A DNA stretch of 17,796 bases. Origin: Chlamydiota bacterium. Its GTDB lineage: Bacteria; Auribacterota; Tritonobacteria; UBA1439. The translations under genes and the position numbers were made by a program. Positions 6,597 to 13,766 of the stretch are shown here, one piece after another. How positions within the stretch are numbered: the first letter of the stretch is position 1; every line of letters starts with the position of its first letter. Where the stretch lies: NCBI GenBank assembly GCA_037133055.1, contig JBAXOY010000063.1:1-17796 (forward strand), in the 5' to 3' direction. Below the pieces are notes generated by a model. It ran no database searches. It was not told where the DNA came from and was given only the letters and a program-made list of their open reading frames with translations.

Positions 6597-8210
6597 TCAG
6601 TTGATCGAGAACGACGCGGTGCCGAGGGTGCTGACCCGGCTTGAGGAGTCGAGCGGGTTTGCCCCCGGGTAGGTAAGGACCCCGTACCATGTGTAGGCGC
6701 CCGATTGGAGCCCCTCGAGCGTGAAGGGGCCGAGGTCGCCGGAGAGATCGGAGACTGGGAGCGAGGGGGCGACAGACCTGACGGACGGGCTGAAGGAGCC
6801 CGCCCGATAGAAGTAGATCGTCCCCCACGGCGTCATCACGGCGACCCAGGCGTCGGCGACGGACGGGCCGGCGGGGGCGCGGGTGATTCCCCAGTGGAGC
6901 GTGAGCGATTCGGAGGGCAGGAAGGCAGCATTGTCGAGCGAGAGTGTCACGGTATGCAGGGTCGACGGGATGTCGCCGAGGAGCACCGCCGCCCCGTGCG
7001 CCGGAACTTCGACCGAGGTCACCGGAGCATAGGAGAGACTCCCGGTGTGGCCGCCGCCCTCGTTCACCGACCCGCCTCCCTGCGCCGAGACGAGCTGGTA
7101 CGTGCCGCCGAGGTCGGGGACGGTCACCGGGGTTTCTCCGGGATTCACGAGGACGAACCCGTTCGCATAATTCCGGCGGAAGCATCCGGCCGCGGGATCG
7201 TAGAGTGCTCCGACGGAGGAGGGAATCGAGCCGCTGTACGCCCCGGTCGGAATGCCGTACTCGGGGTAGTAGAGGAGCTCCTCGCCGTGCTCCGCGCCGA
7301 TCATGTTGAAATAGGTGCGGTCGCCCTTGATGAGAAGGTAGCAGCCGGTGAGAAACATCCGCTCGTCGAGGCCGGAGTCGCTCGTGTAGGACTGGCAGAT
7401 GACGATCCGGTCCTGCCGGACGAGGTCGAGGACGCGGTTCATCTGAAGGATCCAGTCCTCGGTCGGGAAGTAGTTGCCGTTGCCCCACCCGCCGAATCCC
7501 TCCACCATCCCCCCGTCGCCGAGCCCCGCGTAGTTCGTCGTGTCCCAGCCCGTGACGAGGCCGCCGAGATTCGGGATGAAGTAGAAGTGTCCGGCGAACC
7601 GCGCCGTGATGTAATCCGCCCATGCATCGAGGCGGGGGATCCATTGTGCCTTGCAGAGGTTCGGGTCGCTCAGCCACGGGTGCGGGGGCGTGAGCTGGTC
7701 GAAATATGCGTCCACGGTGAAGCTGTCGGCGAAGACCCCGTCGCATGAGGTGGCCTGCATGCGATCGATACATGCGTTCACCCAGTATGATTGCCAGTCG
7801 GAGTTCGCGATGTCCATCAGGTACCAGTTCCACGCGCCCATGTACAGCCGGGAGAGGCCGGAGTGCATGAACCAGCTCTCCTGTGCGTTCACGATGGACC
7901 AGTCGGAGACCCACTCGTTCCCGTCGATGAAGGGGGCGGGTCCGTTCCCGCAGCCGAGCTGGTAGTGGAGGGCGATGAAGCCGGGGTTGTAGGCCCGTAG
8001 ATTCCCGACGTCATTGAGGAGCATCTTCTGGCAGCCGGCATAATGAGTCGCGGCAAACTGGCACTGCGCCGCGGTCATGTCGCTCTGCATCTGGTCGGAG
8101 AAGAGGTGGATGCCGCTCCGGGTGTCGGGGAATTGGCGTGGCTGCGACTCAGCGGGGGCAAGGATGAATGCGAGGACAGCGGCGAGAGCGGCGGGCACGG
8201 TCGGTTTCAT
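6597..8210 (-). CDS. Secreted putative glycoside hydrolase (GHL15-like, probable TIM barrel) with a C-terminal beta-rich domain
   Basis: Signal peptide ending near APAES; CDGVFADS, GGMVEGF and FRRNYANGFVLVNP resemble hypothetical glycosyl hydrolase-like family 15; Trp/Tyr-rich; GGGAGG RBS. The ORF is secure, the family call less so. Confidence 0.65.
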   Translation of the reverse strand: MKPTVPAALAAVLAFILAPAESQPRQFPDTRSGIHLFSDQMQSDMTAAQCQFAATHYAGCQKMLLNDVGNLRAYNPGFIALHYQLGCGNGPAPFIDGNEWVSDWSIVNAQESWFMHSGLSRLYMGAWNWYLMDIANSDWQSYWVNACIDRMQATSCDGVFADSFTVDAYFDQLTPPHPWLSDPNLCKAQWIPRLDAWADYITARFAGHFYFIPNLGGLVTGWDTTNYAGLGDGGMVEGFGGWGNGNYFPTEDWILQMNRVLDLVRQDRIVICQSYTSDSGLDERMFLTGCYLLIKGDRTYFNMIGAEHGEELLYYPEYGIPTGAYSGSIPSSVGALYDPAAGCFRRNYANGFVLVNPGETPVTVPDLGGTYQLVSAQGGGSVNEGGGHTGSLSYAPVTSVEVPAHGAAVLLGDIPSTLHTVTLSLDNAAFLPSESLTLHWGITRAPAGPSVADAWVAVMTPWGTIYFYRAGSFSPSVRSVAPSLPVSDLSGDLGPFTLEGLQSGAYTWYGVLTYPGANPLDSSSRVSTLGTASFSIN

Positions 8211-8231
8211 GTCGGATCCCTCCCTGATTCA

Positions 8232-8240
8232 ACTATAGCA
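8232..8240 (-). promoter_or_regulatory. Extended -10 element for the putative glycoside hydrolase gene
   Basis: TGCTATAGT on the minus strand, just upstream of the RBS. Confidence 0.55.
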
Positions 8241-8264
8241 CGCAGAACGGGGGAGCGGAATAGC

Positions 8265-9434
8265 TCACGCCGTTTTTTCGAGGACCATCCCCTTGAGATA
8301 CGCCGTCTCGGGGACATTGAGGAGCACCGGGTGATCCGCAGGCTGGCCGAGGTGCTTGAGGACGCGGAAGCCGCACCGCGCGTCGGCCGCGGCGGCGCGA
8401 AGGATTTCCGAGAAAAGGTCGGGGGAGACGGCGTGCGAGCAGCAGAAGGTGACGAGGATGCCGCCGGGGACGAGGAGGTGCATCGCCCGGAGGTTGATCT
8501 CCTTGTATCCCCGGAGGGCGTCTTCGGCTTCCGCCTTTTTCCGGGCGAGCGGGGGGGGATCGAGGATCACCGTGTCGAACTGTCTTTTCTCCCTGTGCCA
8601 GGCCCGTAATGTATCGAAGGCGTTGCCCTCGACCGGGGTGACGTTGGCCAGGCCGTTCAGGGCGACGTTCTTCTCCATCACGGCAAGCGCCTCGCGGGAC
8701 GACTCCAGGGCGGTCACCGATTCCGCCCTTTCCGCGCAGTGCAGGGCGAAATGACCCTGGTATGAAAAGCAGTCGAGCGCGGCCCCGCGGGCGAGGCGCG
8801 TGGTGATTTCCCTGTTCTCGCGCTGGTCGAGATACGCGCCGGTCTTGTGCCCGTTGAGGAGGTCGGCGAGGTACCGGATATCCCCCTCCCTCACCTCGAC
8901 GGGGCCGGTGAGTTCTCCCTGAAGGACTTTCTTTTCGAGGGGGAGGCCCTCCATCGCGCGCGCACTCGCGTCGTTGCGGCAGACGATCCCCTTCGGCTTC
9001 AGGAGCGCGTAAAATATCCCCGCGATGAGGCCGAGGCGTGAGTCTATTCCCGGGACGAGCGCCTGGAGGACGATCCAGTCCCCGTACCGGTCCGCGACAA
9101 GGCCCGGGAGCCCGTCGCCCTCCGAATAGAAGAGCCGCAGGCCCCCCCCCTCCGTCATCAGCCCGCGGCGGCGCTCAACCGCCTCGCGTATCCGGCGCTC
9201 GAAAAAGGCGTCGTCGACCGGCTCGTCGCCCCTCGTGAGAAAGCGCAGCGCGATCTTCGACCGGTCGCCGTAGAACGCCCTCCCCAGGACTTTCCCGCGC
9301 CCGTCGCGCACCTCCACGATATCGCCCGCCGCGGCGGATTCGACGCGCGCGAGGTCGTCCCGGTAGACCCACGCGTGCCCGGTTTCGTACCAGGAAATCC
9401 CCTTCCTCGTCAGCGTTGCGGTCCTTGTACTCAT
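8265..9434 (-). CDS. rlmI: Class I SAM-dependent rRNA m5C methyltransferase, RlmI (23S C1962)-like, with N-terminal PUA-like domain
   Basis: GHAWVY, SEGDGLPGLVADRY, GHKTGAYLDQRENR, LDCFSYQGHF, VILDPP and DHPV...PETAYLKG motifs. Confidence 0.88.
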   Translation of the reverse strand: MSTRTATLTRKGISWYETGHAWVYRDDLARVESAAAGDIVEVRDGRGKVLGRAFYGDRSKIALRFLTRGDEPVDDAFFERRIREAVERRRGLMTEGGGLRLFYSEGDGLPGLVADRYGDWIVLQALVPGIDSRLGLIAGIFYALLKPKGIVCRNDASARAMEGLPLEKKVLQGELTGPVEVREGDIRYLADLLNGHKTGAYLDQRENREITTRLARGAALDCFSYQGHFALHCAERAESVTALESSREALAVMEKNVALNGLANVTPVEGNAFDTLRAWHREKRQFDTVILDPPPLARKKAEAEDALRGYKEINLRAMHLLVPGGILVTFCCSHAVSPDLFSEILRAAAADARCGFRVLKHLGQPADHPVLLNVPETAYLKGMVLEKTA

Positions 9435-9442
9435 GTTCCGGT

Positions 9443-9472
9443 AGTGTAGCGCAACGCGTGAGGCGGGGGCAA
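9443..9472 (-). promoter_or_regulatory. Promoter of the rlmI-like gene, leaderless arrangement
   Basis: TTGCCC (9467-9472), 18-bp spacer, TACACT (9443-9448), then 8 nt to the ATG; no Shine-Dalgarno. Confidence 0.6.
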
Positions 9473-9525
9473 TGCCCGAAACGTGTCGTGTTGTTTTTCG
9501 GTGCGCCCGGGAGCCTCCGGGGCTG

Positions 9526-9534
9526 TGCTATACT
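9526..9534 (+). promoter_or_regulatory. Extended -10 element of greA
   Basis: TGCTATACT, 30 nt upstream of ATG 9565. Confidence 0.6.
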
Positions 9535-9564
9535 ACCCGGGCACACTTGAATGGGGGAAACGCC

Positions 9565-10041
9565 ATGGCGGTCAACTACATGACGAAGAAATCGCACGAG
9601 CGCCTGAGCGCGGAGGCGAAGCGACTGCGCGAGGTGGAGATACCGAAGGTCAGCAAGGAAAAACTGGAGGCGGCGCAGCAGGGAGATCTCCGGGAGAACG
9701 CCGGATACGATGCCGCCCGCGACAGGCTCATCCTCCTCAGCGCGCGCCTCGACGGGATCACCTCCCAGATCTCGAGCGCGCGTTTCATCGAGGAGCTCAA
9801 GGTCCCGGGGGATATCGTGTCGATAGGCACGAAGGTCAGGCTCCTCGACCTGGACGTGGGCGAGGAGGTGGAGTACTGCATTCTCGGCCCCGCGGACGCG
9901 GACCTCGCGCAGGGGATCATCTCGTTCGAGAGCCCCCTCGCGAAGGGGATGATCGCGCAGAGGGCGCTGCAGGAGTTCTCGGTGGAGACGCCGGGCGGGC
10001 AGCGGCGGTTCAGGATACTGTCGATCGTGCCGTACCGGTGA
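9565..10041 (+). CDS. greA: Transcription elongation factor GreA/GreB family
   Basis: GDLRENAGYDAAR with the catalytic Asp/Glu pair; GIISFESPLAKGM and VETPGG; GGGGGA RBS before ATG 9565. Confidence 0.93.
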   Translation: MAVNYMTKKSHERLSAEAKRLREVEIPKVSKEKLEAAQQGDLRENAGYDAARDRLILLSARLDGITSQISSARFIEELKVPGDIVSIGTKVRLLDLDVGEEVEYCILGPADADLAQGIISFESPLAKGMIAQRALQEFSVETPGGQRRFRILSIVPYR

Positions 10042-10046
10042 GGCGC

Positions 10047-11024
10047 CTAAATCATTTTATTTTTCTTGAAGTAGATCAGTGTCCCGACGGAGCAGAGGAG
10101 CATCAACCCGCACGCGGTCAGGTAGCCCCATATCCCCCATTTGAACTCGGGGATCTCCACGTTCATCCCGTAGAAGCTCGCGATGGTGCCGATCGGGAGG
10201 AGAAAGGTGGCGATGATGGTCAGGGTCTTCATCGTCTCGTTGAGGCGCCAGTTGATGGAGGAGATGTAGGACTCCATGTCCTGGGCGATGAGCTCGCGCG
10301 ACATCTCCGTGATGTCGTAGATTCTGAAGATGTGGTCGTAGATGTCCTTGAAGTAGGGCCTCGCCTCGTCGCCGACGAACGGGAATCCGGGGCGCATGAA
10401 GCGCGCGATGATCTCCCGCTGCGGGCCCACCGCCTTCCTGAGCGTCACGATGTTGCGCCGCTGCGTGAACATCTTCGCCTGCAATGCGGGGCGCGGGTCG
10501 GTCAGGATATCCTCCTCGAGCTTTACGAGCCGCTCGCTGAGGGTGTCCATGATGGGGAAGTAGTTGTCCACGAGCGTGTCGAGGATGCTGTAGAGGAGGA
10601 AATCCGCGCCCTTCGTCATGCTCTGGGGGCCATGCTCGCATCGCTTGCGGTTCGTGCTGACGGCCCTGACGTGCCCGTTGTGGTAGGTGATGACGAAGTT
10701 CCTCCCGACGAAGATGTCGAGCTCGCGAATGTCCAGCGCATCCTCGGTCTCCTTGTCGCTGTAGAAGAAGCAGGAGTGGATGACGAGGAAGAAGTAGTCG
10801 TCAAACTCGTCGACCTTCGGCTGGCTGTGGGAGGCGATGCAGTCGTCAATGAGGAGCGGGTGGAAGCCGAAGTCCTTCCTGAGGATCTCAATCTCGTCCT
10901 CGGTCGGGTCCTCGAAATCGACCCAGAGCAGGTTCTTCGGGTTCGCCAGGATCGCGCATAACCTGTCGCGGGGCACCTGCTGCAGGAACGTGCGGTCCTC
11001 GAGAAATGCCCATGACGCACGCAT
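10047..11024 (-). CDS. corA: Magnesium/cobalt transporter CorA
   Basis: LWVDFEDP, FGFHPLLIDDC, QPKVDEF, LNETMKTLT, signature YGMN followed by IPEFKW and two C-terminal TM helices; AAGGAGG RBS. Confidence 0.96.
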   Translation of the reverse strand: MRASWAFLEDRTFLQQVPRDRLCAILANPKNLLWVDFEDPTEDEIEILRKDFGFHPLLIDDCIASHSQPKVDEFDDYFFLVIHSCFFYSDKETEDALDIRELDIFVGRNFVITYHNGHVRAVSTNRKRCEHGPQSMTKGADFLLYSILDTLVDNYFPIMDTLSERLVKLEEDILTDPRPALQAKMFTQRRNIVTLRKAVGPQREIIARFMRPGFPFVGDEARPYFKDIYDHIFRIYDITEMSRELIAQDMESYISSINWRLNETMKTLTIIATFLLPIGTIASFYGMNVEIPEFKWGIWGYLTACGLMLLCSVGTLIYFKKNKMI

Positions 11025-11045
11025 GCCGCCTCCTTCCCACTACCC

Positions 11046-11074
11046 AGTGTAGACGAATCCGCCTGCGGCTTCAA
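11046..11074 (-). promoter_or_regulatory. Sigma70-type promoter of corA
   Basis: TTGAAG (11069-11074), 17-bp spacer, TACACT (11046-11051). Confidence 0.65.
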
Positions 11075-11123
11075 CAAGAAGATATCCACATACGTGACCA
11101 CGTGCAATTCTCCACCATTTTCC

Positions 11124-11152
11124 GTCACAACGGCGCCCTATTCAGGTATAAT
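11124..11152 (+). promoter_or_regulatory. Promoter of the MgtE-N/CBS and NRAMP-related operon, leaderless arrangement
   Basis: GTCACA (11124-11129), 17-bp spacer, TATAAT (11147-11152), then 8 nt to ATG 11161; no Shine-Dalgarno. Confidence 0.65.
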
Positions 11153-11160
11153 GCGCCGCT

Positions 11161-12459
11161 ATGACCACGGGATTTGAAAATAATTTTGTCTTCCTGTCGG
11201 AGCTCATCCACCTCGCGGTGCTCGACGCCGCCACGAATACAAGGATCGGGCGACTCGTCGACATCGTCGCGGGGCTCAGGGAAATGTATCCCCGGATGAA
11301 TGCATTGGTCATCCGGGGCACAAAGCGCAGGGGGAAATTATATATCCCCTGGGAGAATGTAAAGGCGATTACGCCGGGCGGGGCCATCGTAGTGGACAGC
11401 TCCGCCGGTCTCCCATTTGAAGGGGTGAAACTGCACGAGACGGACATACTCCTCAGGGAAACGTTCTGGGACAAGCAGGTCGTGGATATCTCCGGGGCAA
11501 AGGTCATCCGCGTAAACGACCTGCATCTTCTGCGGGAAGACCGCAATATGTGGTTGATCCACATGGATGTCGGCGTCACCGGATTGATCCGCCGGCTCGG
11601 ATGGAGCCGCTGGGTCAACTTTATCCTCAAGTGGCTGTTCTCCTTCGAGCTCAAGGACCGGTTCATTTCGTGGAAGTTAGTCCAGCCCGTCACCGGGGCT
11701 ATAGAGACGCAATCCCTGGCATTGAAGGTGCACCATTCCCGATTGAGCGAACTTCTTCCCGCCGACCTCGCCGATATCATCGTCAACATAGGCACGGATG
11801 AGCGGATCACCATCCTGACCTCGCTCGACCACGCGACCGCCGCCGACACCTTCCAGAAACTCCCTCCCAGGATTCAGATGCAGATATCGGAATCGATCAA
11901 CCATGAGCAATTGGGAGAAATCGTGAACGAAATGGCTATCGATAAAGTAGTCGACCTGTTCGCGCAGCTGCCGTCCAGAAAAGTCCATTCCTTCTATCCT
12001 CATATGCCGGTAGAGCGGGTCGCCGAGATACATCATCTCCTCGGGCACTCGGAGCATGCCGCCGGCAGCATCATGACGACCGCGTTCATCTGCGCGCGGC
12101 ACGATGAGACGAGCGGCATGCTCCTGGACAGAATCAAACAGGGGGCCAGGAAAAAGCTGTTTATATACTATATCTATGTTCTCGGTGATGATGATTCCCT
12201 CGCGGGAATTGTCACGCTGTTTCAGATCCTCGCGGCTCCTGCCGGGACGCGAATGTCCGAACTCATGCGCAAGAGGGTTACGCGGGTCACGGTGGACACC
12301 AATATCAAAGAGGTCGCAGAGGTCTTTTACAAGTATGATTTTGTCGCCGTCCCCGTCGTCGACGATCGAAACAGGATACAGGGGATAATTCCCATGAAGG
12401 CCGCATTCGGGGCGGTATTCCGCAAGATACGGGATGAATCGCTTGAGGCGCAGAGGTAA
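11161..12459 (+). CDS. Cytosolic MgtE-like protein: PRC-barrel-like repeats, MgtE N-domain and CBS pair, with no membrane domain
   Basis: IGRLVDIV and DKQVVDISGAKVIRVNDL (PRC-like); LPADLADII (MgtE-N); AGSIMTT, YYIYV and KYDFVAVPVVDDRNRIQGII (CBS); ends right after the CBS pair. Confidence 0.88.
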   Translation: MTTGFENNFVFLSELIHLAVLDAATNTRIGRLVDIVAGLREMYPRMNALVIRGTKRRGKLYIPWENVKAITPGGAIVVDSSAGLPFEGVKLHETDILLRETFWDKQVVDISGAKVIRVNDLHLLREDRNMWLIHMDVGVTGLIRRLGWSRWVNFILKWLFSFELKDRFISWKLVQPVTGAIETQSLALKVHHSRLSELLPADLADIIVNIGTDERITILTSLDHATAADTFQKLPPRIQMQISESINHEQLGEIVNEMAIDKVVDLFAQLPSRKVHSFYPHMPVERVAEIHHLLGHSEHAAGSIMTTAFICARHDETSGMLLDRIKQGARKKLFIYYIYVLGDDDSLAGIVTLFQILAAPAGTRMSELMRKRVTRVTVDTNIKEVAEVFYKYDFVAVPVVDDRNRIQGIIPMKAAFGAVFRKIRDESLEAQR

Positions 12460-12500
12460 TATCCCCCGGGGCGGCATCCCGGCGAGGGTACCGTAAGGCC

Positions 12501-13766
12501 ATGAAATTTCTACAGAAAATCAAAGAACATCCCGCGCTGAGGAATCTGCTGCTGTTCCTTGCCGTCCTGGGCCCGGGAATTATAACGGGCAGCGTTGACA
12601 ACGATGCGGGCGGCATCACCACCTACTCGGTCGCGGGAGCGGTGTACGGCTACAAACTGCTCTGGACGCTCGTGCCGTCGTTCATCGTCCTGGTCGTCGT
12701 GCAGGAAATGAATGCGCGAATGGGCATCGTGACGGGCAAGGGGCTCGCGGATCTCATCAGGGAGAATTTCGGCGTCAAGATCACCTTCGTCATTTTTCTT
12801 GGCCTCGTCGTTGCCGACATCGGCAACACGGCAACGGAATTCGCCGGTGTTGCAGGCAGCGTGGCCATCTTCGGCGTGAGCAAGTATATCTCCGTCCCGC
12901 TCGTGGCTTTTGCGGTATGGATGCTCGTGACCAAGGGAAATTATAGGATCACCGAAAGGATATTTCTCTTCTTCAGTTTCTGCCTCCTGTCCTACATTGT
13001 TTCCGCCATCCTCGCGAAGCCGGACTGGCGGCAGGTGGGGGACTCTTTTGTGAGGCCGAGGATGCATTTCGACTCGAAATACCTCAGCATGGTGCTGGGC
13101 ATTGTCGGGACCACGATCGCACCCTGGATGCAATTTTACATGCAATCGGCGGTGATAGAAAAGCGGATCAAGATCACGGAATACCGGTTCGCCTTCTGGG
13201 ACGTCGTGGTCGGGTGCGTCGCCACCGTCGTGGTGGCGTTTTTTATAATCGTCGCCTGCGCCGCCACGCTCCACAAGAACGGCGTGGTGATCAACGAAGC
13301 GAAAGACGCCGCGGTCGCACTCAAGCCGTTCGCCGGTGCGCTGGCGTCCCAGGTGTTTGCGTTCGGGCTCTTCGTCGCCTCCGTGTTCTCCGCCACGATA
13401 CTCCCCCTCGCCACCGCATTTTACGTATGCGAGGCGTTCGGGTTCGAGGCGGGCATCAATAAAAAAATGCGCGAAGCCCCGCAATTCTATGTTCTCTTCG
13501 CCTTCATCATGGCGGTCGCCGCCATCATCATATTGCTGCCCAACGCCCCCCTCATCACCATCACCATCTGGTCTCAGGTGATCAACGCGATGCTGCTCCC
13601 CGTGGTGCTGGTGTCCATGATACTTATGGTCAACAACAGGAAAATCATGGGGGAGCACGTGAACAACGGATTTCAGAATGCGGTGGGCTGGGCTACCACA
13701 GTCATCCTTGTCGCCCTCACCGCGATACTCGTGGTTACTCCGATAGTGACGGCGCTGTTCGGGTAG
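12501..13766 (+). CDS. NRAMP/SLC11-family divalent metal transporter, NRMT (Mg2+-type) subgroup
   Basis: LGPGIITGSVDNDAGGITTYS, QEMNARMGIVTGKGLADLIRE and GTTIAPWMQFYMQS; roughly 11 hydrophobic segments by eye. Confidence 0.92.
   Translation: MKFLQKIKEHPALRNLLLFLAVLGPGIITGSVDNDAGGITTYSVAGAVYGYKLLWTLVPSFIVLVVVQEMNARMGIVTGKGLADLIRENFGVKITFVIFLGLVVADIGNTATEFAGVAGSVAIFGVSKYISVPLVAFAVWMLVTKGNYRITERIFLFFSFCLLSYIVSAILAKPDWRQVGDSFVRPRMHFDSKYLSMVLGIVGTTIAPWMQFYMQSAVIEKRIKITEYRFAFWDVVVGCVATVVVAFFIIVACAATLHKNGVVINEAKDAAVALKPFAGALASQVFAFGLFVASVFSATILPLATAFYVCEAFGFEAGINKKMREAPQFYVLFAFIMAVAAIIILLPNAPLITITIWSQVINAMLLPVVLVSMILMVNNRKIMGEHVNNGFQNAVGWATTVILVALTAILVVTPIVTALFG

Noticed and set aside
9142..9150. 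C9 homopolymers (here and at 16287-16295) as phase-variation tracts
   Set aside because: Both are in frame, encode Gly or Pro runs, and are unremarkable in GC-rich DNA; one sequence gives no evidence of variation.
11025..11160. M-box (ykoK) or yybP-ykoY riboswitch ahead of the metal transporters
   Set aside because: No recognisable aptamer, and the predicted promoters leave almost no leader on either strand.
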